Below are positions 46,598 through 56,225 of a DNA stretch of 64,000 nt, piece by piece. The DNA lies in IMG/VR virus record IMGVR_UViG_3300020442_000009, positions 32,001 to 96,000 of that record, one strand, 5' to 3'. How positions within the stretch are numbered: the stretch's first letter is position 1; every line of letters begins with the position of its first letter. The position numbers were made by a program, and so were the translations under genes. Under the pieces are notes generated by a model. That model saw nothing but the letters and a program-made list of their open reading frames with translations, was not told where the DNA came from and made no database searches. This stretch comes from a virus.

Positions 46598-49037
46598 AAA
46601 TTTCTCCGTTTTTCATAGCCTCAATACTGCATGCACTTGGTTCCTCTGTGCTTTTTGTTTCAGATTGACCAGCTTTTTCAACCTTGCTTGCAGCCCTATT
46701 TCTTAAATAATATGTTGTCTTGAGACCATGTTCCCAACAGCTCATATAAATATCATTTAAATACTTTAAAGATGTTCCACTATTATAAAGATTAAAACTA
46801 ATAGATTGATCCATCCATTTTTGTCTGCCAGCATTGCTTTCAATTAATTTTAGCATATCCCTATCAAATGCAGTCTTATATTTACTTTTGATATGTTCTG
46901 GTATGTCTCCATTTAACATAGAAAGATCTCCGTCAACATTTTTTACTAAAGAGGAAATTTCTGAAGTCCACAATCCTAGCTCTTTCATGTCATTTACAAA
47001 ATGCTCATTCATGATATAAGAATTTCCGGATTTATTTTCATAAACAAACAGAACTGAAAAGTTAGGCTCAATACTTTGTTCGCAGCCATTTATATATCCA
47101 ATAGTAGCTGTAGGTGCAATTGCCATAACATTAGAATTTCTCATGCCAAACTCTGCAACATTCTGGCGAACTTTACCCCAATCTTCAAGACTTTGGCCTT
47201 GGCCTGTTTTTGGATCTTTTTGTTTTCCCCTGTAAGTCATTAGATTATTATAAGAATCTATTGGAAAAATATTTTCACTCCATAATGAGCCTTCATAAGT
47301 TTTATACTTACCCCTTTCGCTTGCTAATATAGAACTTGCATATATTGCATGCATGGAATAAAATTCAAAAAGTTTATCACTAAATTCAACTGCCTCGTCA
47401 CTATCAATATGTATATCTAATTTATGTAATACATCATGTAAAGCCATCATTCCCAATCCTACAGGTCTATTTTTAAGATTAGAATTTTCTGCTTCTTTTG
47501 TAGGATAAAAATTTAAATCAATTACATTATCAAGCATTCTAACTGCTATATGTATAGTTTCTTCTAGTTTTTTATAATTGATTGTATATCTTGATTTGCC
47601 GTGAGTCTGTTTTTCCTCTAAGTGATTAAGCAAATTAACAGACCCAAGATTGCAAACAGCAGTTTCTCCATGTTCTACTTTTTCTCCCTGACTATACTTT
47701 GATGCTTTTGTATGTAAGGTAATTTCTGTGCAAAGATTTGAACTATGTACTATTCCTTCTTGTTGATTTGTATATCTAATATTACAAGGGTCTTTAAAAG
47801 TATTCCAAGGATGCGATGTTTCAAATAAAACTTTCAGCATTTTTTTCCAAAGATCTTTAGCTGGAGTTGTTCTATAATTTTTAATTAATCCTTCTTCTGC
47901 TTTATTGCACAATTCATTATATTTTTTATCAAACTCTGCCCCAAAACAATCATGTAGATCAGCTTCATTTGGATCAAAGAAATACCAGACATCTTCATTT
48001 TGTACCCTCCTCATAAATTCATCAGGAATCCAAGATGCAGTATTCATATCATGACAGCGAAGTCTGTCATCCCCAGTATTTCTTCTTAAATTAAGAAAAT
48101 CTTCAAAGTCTAAATGCCAAGGCTCTAAATATGCACAGCCAGCTCCCGGCCTCTTGCCTCCTTGATTTACTGCAATTAATAGATCATTATATATTTTTAG
48201 CCAAGGGACGAGACCACTAGAAATACCATTAGTGCCTTGAATATGAGAACCTGTAGATCTAAATGGAGTTACATCTAATCCAAGTCCACCTGCAAATTTA
48301 GATTTTCTAGCCTCTTGCCAAGCTCCATCAAAAATACCGTCAATGCTATCATCAAAGGTATTTAGATAGCAGGAACTTAATTGAGAATGAACTGTCCCGC
48401 TATTAAATAAAGTTGGAGTAGAAGGAGTATACCTAAACTCACTCATTAGATTATAAAATTCTATGGCTTTTTTGTTTTTATTTTTTTCATTAATAGCTAG
48501 CCCCATTGCAACTCTCATCCAGAAAGATTGAGGGGCTTCCATAATTTTATCATCCTGCCTAATGAAATATCTATCATGTAAAGTTTGTATCCCAAGATAT
48601 TTAAAAGATTTATCTCTTCTTATTTTAATTGCATCAGCTAAACGCTTAAGATCAAAGTCTAAAAGTTTAGGATTAAGCCTTTCTAATTTAACTAACTTTT
48701 TAATATTTTGTATAAAACTTTTTCTATATTGAAGGCTAAATGCATCAGAGTCTACTCCCTCTCGAAAGACCTCTTTATAGATACAATTAGTAAGCAGACT
48801 TGCTGCGGCATAGCTATAGTTAGGTTCTTTCTCTATTTTTTCTCTTGCCGAAAGCACTAAGGCTTTATCAATTTCTGTTGTAGGAATCTTATCATAAAGT
48901 TGTAATTGAGCATCTAGAACAATTTCGCTTGCAGATACATCCTCTACTCCTTCACAAGCTCTTTGGGCTCTCGCATTTATCTTATCAACAATAAAGTCTA
49001 CTAGTCTTCCGTTTCTTTTCTTAACTTTGATATCCAT
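46581..49037 (-). CDS. nrdA: ribonucleotide reductase class I alpha subunit with ATP cone
   Basis: VKKRNG, TPTLFNSG, SSCY, SNLCTEI, VCNLGS, APTATI, KTTYY, C-terminal CESCQ. Confidence 0.96.
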   Translation of the reverse strand: MDIKVKKRNGRLVDFIVDKINARAQRACEGVEDVSASEIVLDAQLQLYDKIPTTEIDKALVLSAREKIEKEPNYSYAAASLLTNCIYKEVFREGVDSDAFSLQYRKSFIQNIKKLVKLERLNPKLLDFDLKRLADAIKIRRDKSFKYLGIQTLHDRYFIRQDDKIMEAPQSFWMRVAMGLAINEKNKNKKAIEFYNLMSEFRYTPSTPTLFNSGTVHSQLSSCYLNTFDDSIDGIFDGAWQEARKSKFAGGLGLDVTPFRSTGSHIQGTNGISSGLVPWLKIYNDLLIAVNQGGKRPGAGCAYLEPWHLDFEDFLNLRRNTGDDRLRCHDMNTASWIPDEFMRRVQNEDVWYFFDPNEADLHDCFGAEFDKKYNELCNKAEEGLIKNYRTTPAKDLWKKMLKVLFETSHPWNTFKDPCNIRYTNQQEGIVHSSNLCTEITLHTKASKYSQGEKVEHGETAVCNLGSVNLLNHLEEKQTHGKSRYTINYKKLEETIHIAVRMLDNVIDLNFYPTKEAENSNLKNRPVGLGMMALHDVLHKLDIHIDSDEAVEFSDKLFEFYSMHAIYASSILASERGKYKTYEGSLWSENIFPIDSYNNLMTYRGKQKDPKTGQGQSLEDWGKVRQNVAEFGMRNSNVMAIAPTATIGYINGCEQSIEPNFSVLFVYENKSGNSYIMNEHFVNDMKELGLWTSEISSLVKNVDGDLSMLNGDIPEHIKSKYKTAFDRDMLKLIESNAGRQKWMDQSISFNLYNSGTSLKYLNDIYMSCWEHGLKTTYYLRNRAASKVEKAGQSETKSTEEPSACSIEAMKNGEICESCQ

Positions 49038-49174
49038 ATTGAAAAATTACACTGTGATTATAAGGGGATTTTAAAAAAAATCAATATTTGATTAAGAATA
49101 TATCTTAACATAAAAAAGAGTGTACGTCGATAAAAAAAATTGAATTTTTTATTAACACTAATATTATAACTTAT

Positions 49175-50155
49175 ATGAAAATACTTATTGCAGGAGCTGG
49201 CGGTTTTATAGCAGGACATTTAACGAGAGCATTAGCAGCTGAAGAAGAGCATCAAATTACTGCTGTTGATATTAAAAAGAAAGAAAATTGGTTTCAAGTT
49301 AGTAAATCTGAAAAGGTGGATAGTATTGGTAAGATAGATTTAAAAGATAGGCATCTTGTTAAGAAGTTGTTATCTGAAAATAGATATGATAGAATTTATA
49401 ATTTAGCATGTAACATGGGGGGTATGGGCTTTATACAAAATAACCATGTAGATTGCTTAGAGAGTGTTTATATACAAACTAATTTTATTACGGTTATGAG
49501 AGAAATGGATAACCCTCCTTCCATTTTTTACAGCTCTTCTGCCTGTGCTTATCCAGAGCATATACAGCAAGAAGTAAGTTCTCCAGCCATTAAGGAAAGT
49601 GATGCATATCCTGCAGCACCTCAAGATGGTTACGGTTGGGAAAAATTATTTAGTGAAATCATTACACAACATGCAGCTAAAGATCACTCTTTGGATACAA
49701 GAATAGCTAGATTTCATAATTGCTATGGGCCATTTGGTACTTGGCAGGGAGGTAGAGAGAAAGCTCCAGCGGCATTGTGTAGGAAGGTTATTGAAGCTCA
49801 ACAAAGTAAAAATCTTAAAATTGATGTTTGGGGAGACGGAGAGCAAACTAGATCTTTTATGTATGTTGATGATTGTATAGAGGGAATGGATAGATTGTGG
49901 GATAGTGATTATTCAGATCCAGTTAATTTAGGTAGCTCAGAGTTAGTTAGTATTAATCAAATGATTGATATGATAGAAGACATAGCTGGCGTGAAAGTTG
50001 AAAGAAATTATCAACTAGATAAACCTCAGGGTGTTAGAGGTAGAAATAGTGATAACTCCCTAATTAAAAAAATAACTAGTGGTTGGGAGCCTTCAATTAA
50101 ATTATTTAATGGATTAGAAAAAACTTATTCTTGGATCTGGGATCAAATCATTTAA
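49175..50155 (+). CDS. GDP-mannose 3,5-epimerase
   Basis: GAGGFIA, NMGGMGFIQ, SSSACAYP, YGWEKL, GGREKAPAA, GVRGRNSDN. Confidence 0.88.
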   Translation: MKILIAGAGGFIAGHLTRALAAEEEHQITAVDIKKKENWFQVSKSEKVDSIGKIDLKDRHLVKKLLSENRYDRIYNLACNMGGMGFIQNNHVDCLESVYIQTNFITVMREMDNPPSIFYSSSACAYPEHIQQEVSSPAIKESDAYPAAPQDGYGWEKLFSEIITQHAAKDHSLDTRIARFHNCYGPFGTWQGGREKAPAALCRKVIEAQQSKNLKIDVWGDGEQTRSFMYVDDCIEGMDRLWDSDYSDPVNLGSSELVSINQMIDMIEDIAGVKVERNYQLDKPQGVRGRNSDNSLIKKITSGWEPSIKLFNGLEKTYSWIWDQII

Positions 50156-50952
50156 TAATTTTTTTTAAAAGGTAGCATTTTGCTATTATTAACTGGGTTG
50201 TGATGGGCTGGACAACCCCATTTGTTTTGAAAAAAACCATGAGCCATAGCTTCTTTTCTTGAACTTTCATGGCTTTCTTCTGGAGTTTTTCTCGTTGCAG
50301 CTCCAGCAAAATGATAAAAGTTGCAAGCATATGTTCTCTCCATTTTTAAACCCCAATATTCACACTTAAGAAAGAAATCCCAATCAACTACATGTGGAGA
50401 TGGATAAAGCTCATCCCAGCCACCTAAAGCTAAATAGTCATATTTGTTTATTGCAAAGGGCAGGGTAGAGCCCTCTTCTGTTGTTTCATTTTTTCTTAAC
50501 AAAACTTCTTCTTTTTGAAAATTAGAGATATCAAATGTGTTGGGATTTTTGCCAAAATCTTTTATTATAAATTGAGGAAACATTGATGGGTTAGGCTCAA
50601 TTTGGTTTGGAGTTAATACTGATTTTGGTTTTAAGTTTTCGGCAATAATTGTATCCCAATTTGACGGGAAAATATTATCATCATTGACCACTAAAATAGT
50701 GTCATTGCTTGAGTTATAAACACCTAGATTTGTAGCTACAGATAAACCTTGGTTAGTTGGTAGATTTAAAACTTTTATATTATCTTCCAGTGCTTTATAT
50801 TTTTCAATAACGGTTTTATTTAAATCATAAAATCCATCAACCACTATAACTACCTCGAAATTCTTCCTTGAGGAGGGTTCCATGAATATAGATTTAAGAC
50901 ATACGTCTAAATAATCTGGCTCTTTGTATGTTGGTATAATTACTGATATCAT
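50152..50952 (-). CDS. GT2 glycosyltransferase
   Basis: ISVIIPTY, VVDG, VNDD, GGWDE. Confidence 0.88.
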   Translation of the reverse strand: MISVIIPTYKEPDYLDVCLKSIFMEPSSRKNFEVVIVVDGFYDLNKTVIEKYKALEDNIKVLNLPTNQGLSVATNLGVYNSSNDTILVVNDDNIFPSNWDTIIAENLKPKSVLTPNQIEPNPSMFPQFIIKDFGKNPNTFDISNFQKEEVLLRKNETTEEGSTLPFAINKYDYLALGGWDELYPSPHVVDWDFFLKCEYWGLKMERTYACNFYHFAGAATRKTPEESHESSRKEAMAHGFFQNKWGCPAHHNPVNNSKMLPFKKNY

Positions 50953-50953
50953 A

Positions 50954-51652
50954 TTAAAATAATCTGGCTGTTACTTTGTCCCACTCTATTAGTGGGGTTA
51001 AAAATTTTGTTTCTCCATGTGTGGATAGTCCGGGAATCGATGATACTAGTTTTCTTCCTTTTTCATTTAAGTTGAGAAACATTTTAAAGTCGTCTGGGTG
51101 AGTGGACGATGTCCACTTTCTTAAAATTTCTTCATCTTTCTTTAATGTTTTTACTTTTGCTGCAAAAGTCATTGTTGTTGAGTTAGTTATTTTCCAATGG
51201 CTGTATTTACCACAATAAACTCTAGTATCTTCAGCACCTCCTTTGCAAAATGGGTTTCCCCCAAACATGGGCTCCCAGTATTTATCAGGGTGATCATAAA
51301 GCGTTACATAGTCTCCGAAGCCTAGTCCCTCTGGTATGGCAAATGGAGATAATTCTAAATGTAAATAGTCATTTTCTAAAAAATATACAATATCTTCATC
51401 ATCAAAAGTTAATGCTTTATCTAAAGCTAGATTAAAAGTTCCTGCTCCATGACCAACTGAAACATCTTCTATATTAGACTGAAAGCCTAAAATCATACGT
51501 TTAGTATCGCTTGAAATATTATCAGCAATTACAGTCCAGTCACAGTCTCTATAGAAGACATCTGTTGCATTTTTGAGACACTCTTTATTGTTTACATAAG
51601 GTGGTTTTTCTTTTTCGTAACCAGAGTCTGATATTCTATATAAAATTTTCAT
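50954..51652 (-). CDS. putative GT-A glycosyltransferase
   Basis: VYFLENDYLH, LYDHPDKY, STTMTF, PGLSTH. Confidence 0.65.
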   Translation of the reverse strand: MKILYRISDSGYEKEKPPYVNNKECLKNATDVFYRDCDWTVIADNISSDTKRMILGFQSNIEDVSVGHGAGTFNLALDKALTFDDEDIVYFLENDYLHLELSPFAIPEGLGFGDYVTLYDHPDKYWEPMFGGNPFCKGGAEDTRVYCGKYSHWKITNSTTMTFAAKVKTLKKDEEILRKWTSSTHPDDFKMFLNLNEKGRKLVSSIPGLSTHGETKFLTPLIEWDKVTARLF

Positions 51653-52305
51653 AAGTCTTTATCTTTTCTGTTGCCCAGATGAGGCACATGTTGTATACCT
51701 GTCAGTTTTTTATTGATATATACTTTGTGTTTTATTATATTCCATAATGCATGACTAACCCTGAAGTCTCCTGAGCCCCAAGGTTCAAATTGTGCATCTT
51801 TTATGTATTTAGAATGAAACATAAAACCTATCATACTTATGTTGGCTGGAATTGGGGGAGATGTTTCTAGGTTTGGGCTGCCTTGTCTAGGAATAGTAAA
51901 CCCCGGAAATTCCACATCCCAAAAAAGTAAAGTATCATCATTTTTTATGTGACTAACTATTTCTGAAAGAGACTCGTTTGAAATGAAATGATCGTCATCG
52001 TCTAGAAACATTATCCAACCCTCTTCAACCAAATCATACATATCATTTAAATAAGAGTTCCACCAAGCAGGACTGTCAGAGCCTCCGTACCAAAAACTTT
52101 TATGTTGCTCGTGTCTGTATTTTAAAGGATCTATGTATAAAAAGCTTTCTCTATGTTTTTCAATATATGTGCTTGCAGAGTGTTCGTCTGTACCTATTAT
52201 ATGTTTAATATTTTCGTAAGTTTGAGAGTCAACACTTTTGCAGCAATCCCTAAAATAGTTTGGCCTATTTGATGTTCTCGTTAAAATGTTTACTTTTTCC
52301 GACAT
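51649..52305 (-). CDS. GT2 glycosyltransferase
   Basis: ILTRTSNRP, SVDSQTY, MFLDDDD. Confidence 0.8.
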   Translation of the reverse strand: MSEKVNILTRTSNRPNYFRDCCKSVDSQTYENIKHIIGTDEHSASTYIEKHRESFLYIDPLKYRHEQHKSFWYGGSDSPAWWNSYLNDMYDLVEEGWIMFLDDDDHFISNESLSEIVSHIKNDDTLLFWDVEFPGFTIPRQGSPNLETSPPIPANISMIGFMFHSKYIKDAQFEPWGSGDFRVSHALWNIIKHKVYINKKLTGIQHVPHLGNRKDKDL

Positions 52306-53021
52306 ACTTTATAAACTTTTTGTAAATTTTTGCCAATCAAGCAAAGCTGTTTTAATTCTTCTGGGGTAATACTACATTTATGATCGGACCCCTCCATTGT
52401 TTTGGAAAGGGTAAAGTGTCTTTCTACAAAACTAGCGCCTCTAGCTATAGCCAAAAGAGACATTTCAATTCCATGTGTATGATCAGATATTCCGTAATAT
52501 TCAGAGTTTACATAGTCTGTTGGTTGATCTGCATAATCCTTGTACTGAGATGGATAAAGGGATTTGCAAAATAAATATTTCACATTACTATAATCACCCA
52601 TAATATCTTTGGCTTTTTCTAAAGATTCCATGCCTAGTGCAACATAGGTTGGCTTGCCTAGTTTGCAGATAGTTTTGCAAAAATCTGGAGTTTTTTTGAC
52701 AGACCTAGATGCAATCTTATAAATCTTGCAATCATGTTTTTCTGTCCACTCTAGTCTGGTTTCGTCAAACACACTAAAAAATGGCTCTATAGATTCTTCG
52801 TGACACCAATCTAAAACTCTTTTAAATTGATCATAATTAAACTGGCATCTTTGTCCTTCTGCTATTAAGTGTGGTTCATCTGCAAAAAGGATTTTAGGTT
52901 CATATAGTTGAAATTTTACTAAGTCTGCCCCATTGATGGAGGCTTGTCTAATTAACTCATGACACAAGTCCATGTCACCATTGTGGTTAATTCCTATTTC
53001 TGCTGCTATGGTTAGGTTCAT
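52290..53021 (-). CDS. neuB: nonulosonic acid (NeuB-family) synthase, lacking the C-terminal AFL domain
   Basis: AEIGINHNGD, VKFQ, KIAS, GISDHT, ERHFTL, SDH. Confidence 0.9.
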   Translation of the reverse strand: MNLTIAAEIGINHNGDMDLCHELIRQASINGADLVKFQLYEPKILFADEPHLIAEGQRCQFNYDQFKRVLDWCHEESIEPFFSVFDETRLEWTEKHDCKIYKIASRSVKKTPDFCKTICKLGKPTYVALGMESLEKAKDIMGDYSNVKYLFCKSLYPSQYKDYADQPTDYVNSEYYGISDHTHGIEMSLLAIARGASFVERHFTLSKTMEGSDHKCSITPEELKQLCLIGKNLQKVYKVCRKK

Positions 53022-53563
53022 AATAGTTTTGATACTTCTATTATATCATTTTTTGTATGAATGTCTAGCCAATTTGTTATAACAAAACCGTTATAGCTTA
53101 TTTTACCTTTATGAGAACTTACAAAATTTCTGTAAACATGAACTGCTCCATTGTGAATTAGATCTTCTCCAGTAGTATGCACTTGCCATAATTTATTATC
53201 AATAAGTTTATCTATGCATTCGTCTATTATTGAGCTTGTAATTTGTGGGGAATTTGCTTGCAATAAAACTATAATGTCATCATCTTTAGCCTTAATGGAT
53301 TGTGAAAAGTGATCAACTACTGGTTGAGTCCACACATTATCTCCAGCTAGTTCGGGTGGACGGTTAATAATATTGAAACCAGTGCATGCATCTTTAATTT
53401 TTTGATCTTCGGTAGATATATAAAGATTATTTTTATTAATGTATTTTGATTTTAAAGCAGCATCTATCGTCCAATGAATTAAAGGTTTGCCTTTTAGGGG
53501 ATAAATATTTTTACCTTTTAGTCTTTTAGAGCCACCCCTAGCTGGTATTAAGCAGTGAATCAT
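53018..53563 (-). CDS. neuA: acylneuraminate cytidylyltransferase (short form)
   Basis: IPARGGSKRLKGKN, KPLIHW, RPPELAGD, LLQANSP, LDI. Confidence 0.88.
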   Translation of the reverse strand: MIHCLIPARGGSKRLKGKNIYPLKGKPLIHWTIDAALKSKYINKNNLYISTEDQKIKDACTGFNIINRPPELAGDNVWTQPVVDHFSQSIKAKDDDIIVLLQANSPQITSSIIDECIDKLIDNKLWQVHTTGEDLIHNGAVHVYRNFVSSHKGKISYNGFVITNWLDIHTKNDIIEVSKLL

Positions 53564-54573
53564 ATATCAGAAAAATCTTTTATTTGTTTTGGCCCGTCTG
53601 ATATTTTAGTTTTAAATAATTTAGATTGCAATTTATCTTCATAGAAATCTGCAACCGGCAAATATTTGTCTAATAAGATTTGTCGATTTGGTGTGTGCCA
53701 GTTATATTTGTGTTTTTCTAAAAACCTTTCATGAGGATTAAGTCCTGATCTTTTGTTTCTTATAAAAAGATTGTCTGTATTATGTTTTATTCCGCTTTTT
53801 AATCCATGATCAGTGCTTGCCATTAAATGAGGGAAAGTGATATTAAAAATATTTTTAGATAAAAATTGATGAGCTATGTCATCAGCCCAAAGATCTTGTT
53901 TCATGATTGGGTCTGGGATGATATGATCTCTATACAGTTTCCTGTTAAAAAAACAAAAGTTCCAGTTGGGGACTTCAACCACAAAATGATCTACTTCGTA
54001 ATAAGAGTTTGGTAATTGCCTGTACCAATTTCCGTATGGGTGTGCTTGTATATCTTCTGGGAATATACCTCTTCCTAAATGTGTTCCAGTTTTTGATCTT
54101 TGTATTTTATTTTTACTTCTTGCTAGTTCTTTTGCTCTTGAATAAGAGACAGTTGACCAAACGTATGTTGATCCACTAAACATTCCCACTTTTTCTTTTA
54201 ACCAATTATTGTTTTTGTTGATTGTGTCGTTTACTTGATCCCAGAAATCTTCTTCTAGGAAAACACAATCATGTTGAATATACAAAATCCAGTCAACATC
54301 TATATTATTTTCTTTTAAATAATTGTCAGCAAGCTCTATTGATTGTTGGTGTGAATGTAGTTTTAAGCTTGAATGTATGTAGTTTATATTTAAATCTTTG
54401 CATATTTTTTCTCCATATTCCATGGCAGAAGGTTCTGAATCAACGTCAACATTTAATACAACTAAATCATCAAAGCTGGGTACATTAAACTTATATATTA
54501 AATCTTTTAGTAAGTTATGATAACATCCTGTAGATTTTGTGGAAAATAAAATACAAAATTTTTTGTTATTCAT
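53560..54573 (-). CDS. putative GT-A glycosyltransferase
   Basis: VDVDS, YIQHDC, LWADD. Confidence 0.55.
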   Translation of the reverse strand: MNNKKFCILFSTKSTGCYHNLLKDLIYKFNVPSFDDLVVLNVDVDSEPSAMEYGEKICKDLNINYIHSSLKLHSHQQSIELADNYLKENNIDVDWILYIQHDCVFLEEDFWDQVNDTINKNNNWLKEKVGMFSGSTYVWSTVSYSRAKELARSKNKIQRSKTGTHLGRGIFPEDIQAHPYGNWYRQLPNSYYEVDHFVVEVPNWNFCFFNRKLYRDHIIPDPIMKQDLWADDIAHQFLSKNIFNITFPHLMASTDHGLKSGIKHNTDNLFIRNKRSGLNPHERFLEKHKYNWHTPNRQILLDKYLPVADFYEDKLQSKLFKTKISDGPKQIKDFSDI

Positions 54574-54574
54574 T

Positions 54575-55150
54575 TTAAAATAATTTTATTGCATCTATTA
54601 GGGTTATGTTTGTATCTACATCTAGTTCACTATGCCTTTTTATATCCTGCATTGTGTAGCTTCTAGTTATAACTTCGTAACCTAGATCTAAAAATTCTTG
54701 AGAATCCCATCCAGATCTGTGTGTTTGGTATTCATCTCCGCCGTGGCCCCATATGTCAATATCTTGTGGTATAAAACCTTCTGGAGTTTCTATGATGCAA
54801 GCTTTTTTCGCTATTTTCTCACAATCTTTGATTAGCTTTAGTGCATCTTCTTTTGTTAGATGTTCTACTACATCTAAAGCCATAACGATATCAAAAGAAT
54901 TTTCTAGGAAAAGGTTTGAAATGTTTTTTACATTTTCGCAGACAGGAATAAACGGAACTTTGCTTTCTATTTTTTCTAAATAAGGTTTGTAAACATCTAT
55001 CCCTACCCTTATGTCGCAATCAAGATATTGAGACTTGAGGGATAGGCCGCATGCCACATCTAATACTGACACAATTTTGCCTTTTGGGTATAAGCCTTTC
55101 TCGTTAAATATATTATATATAGTATTTTTTTTCCAATCTTCTTTAGGCAT
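54575..55150 (-). CDS. class I SAM methyltransferase
   Basis: VLDVACG, GID, FDIVMALDVVEHL, ETP, HRSGW. Confidence 0.85.
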   Translation of the reverse strand: MPKEDWKKNTIYNIFNEKGLYPKGKIVSVLDVACGLSLKSQYLDCDIRVGIDVYKPYLEKIESKVPFIPVCENVKNISNLFLENSFDIVMALDVVEHLTKEDALKLIKDCEKIAKKACIIETPEGFIPQDIDIWGHGGDEYQTHRSGWDSQEFLDLGYEVITRSYTMQDIKRHSELDVDTNITLIDAIKLF

Positions 55151-56225
55151 AATATTTTTCCTTAATAATTTTAGTTATTCTTGAGCTTGATAATCCATCC
55201 CAATATTTTATTTTACTAGTTTTATTATAATCAAGTTTATTTATATGATTTCTAATATTTTTAGGATCGGAGCCAATTAAATGATTTGTTCCATCTGAAA
55301 TTGTTATAGGTCTTTCTGTGTTATCTCTTAAGGTTAAGCAAGGTATGTTAAAAAACGAGGACTCTTCTTGGACTCCGCCAGAATCTGTAATAATAAATTT
55401 AGAATTTTTTTGTAGATTCATAAAATCTAAATAACCTAATGAATCTACGAATAATAAAGAATTGTTTTTAGGGTTATATAGTTCGCAATTCTCTAGTAGT
55501 TTTTTTGTTCTTGGATGCACAGGAAAAATGCAGTCTATTGATTTAGATAAAGAGTATAATTCTTTTATTATTGCATTTAAATTCTTTTTATTGTCAACAT
55601 TTGAAGGTCTGTGTAGTGTAATTAGGCTATAATTTTTTGTAGTTAAATTTAAATCTTTTAAAATTGTAGATTGGCAGATCTTTTTAGAAAAAGAAACTAA
55701 AGAATCAATCATTGTGTTACCAACAAAGTAGCATTTTTTAGAATTAACACTTTCTTTTTTTAGATTGTTTAGAGCATCTTTGCATGTTAAGAACAGAATG
55801 TCTGAGATTGAATCAACTAGAGTTCTATTAATTTCCTCTGGCATGCTTCTGTCAAAACTTCTGAGCCCGGATTCTACATGTGCTATTTTTATGCCCATTT
55901 TGTTTGCACATATAGCAGCAGCTAAAGAGCTAGTTACATCTCCATATACAAAAACTAAATCAGGTTTTTCTTTACTAAAATATTTTTCACAACCAACTAT
56001 GATTTCTGATATTTGTTGACACTGAGACTTGTGACCAATGTTTAGGTTTAAATTTGGTTGGGGCATTTCTAGATCTTCAAAGAAAACTTTTGACATATTT
56101 TTATCAAAATGTTGACCTGTATGTAAAACTAAATTTAAAAAACCTGCATCAGATAAATTTTTAACTACGGGAAATGCTTTTATGAAGTTTGGTCTCGCCC
56201 CAATGATGTGAATGATTTTAAACAT
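55143..56225 (-). CDS. wecB: UDP-GlcNAc 2-epimerase (non-hydrolysing)
   Basis: GARPNFIK, HTGQH, HVESGLRSFD..MPEEINR, TDSGGVQEE, TERP. Confidence 0.92.
   Translation of the reverse strand: MFKIIHIIGARPNFIKAFPVVKNLSDAGFLNLVLHTGQHFDKNMSKVFFEDLEMPQPNLNLNIGHKSQCQQISEIIVGCEKYFSKEKPDLVFVYGDVTSSLAAAICANKMGIKIAHVESGLRSFDRSMPEEINRTLVDSISDILFLTCKDALNNLKKESVNSKKCYFVGNTMIDSLVSFSKKICQSTILKDLNLTTKNYSLITLHRPSNVDNKKNLNAIIKELYSLSKSIDCIFPVHPRTKKLLENCELYNPKNNSLLFVDSLGYLDFMNLQKNSKFIITDSGGVQEESSFFNIPCLTLRDNTERPITISDGTNHLIGSDPKNIRNHINKLDYNKTSKIKYWDGLSSSRITKIIKEKYYA

Noticed and set aside
9429-49037. Inteins or introns in dnaE, dnaB, recA, nrdA, nrdB
   Set aside because: Lengths are unremarkable and no intein termini or homing-endonuclease motifs are visible
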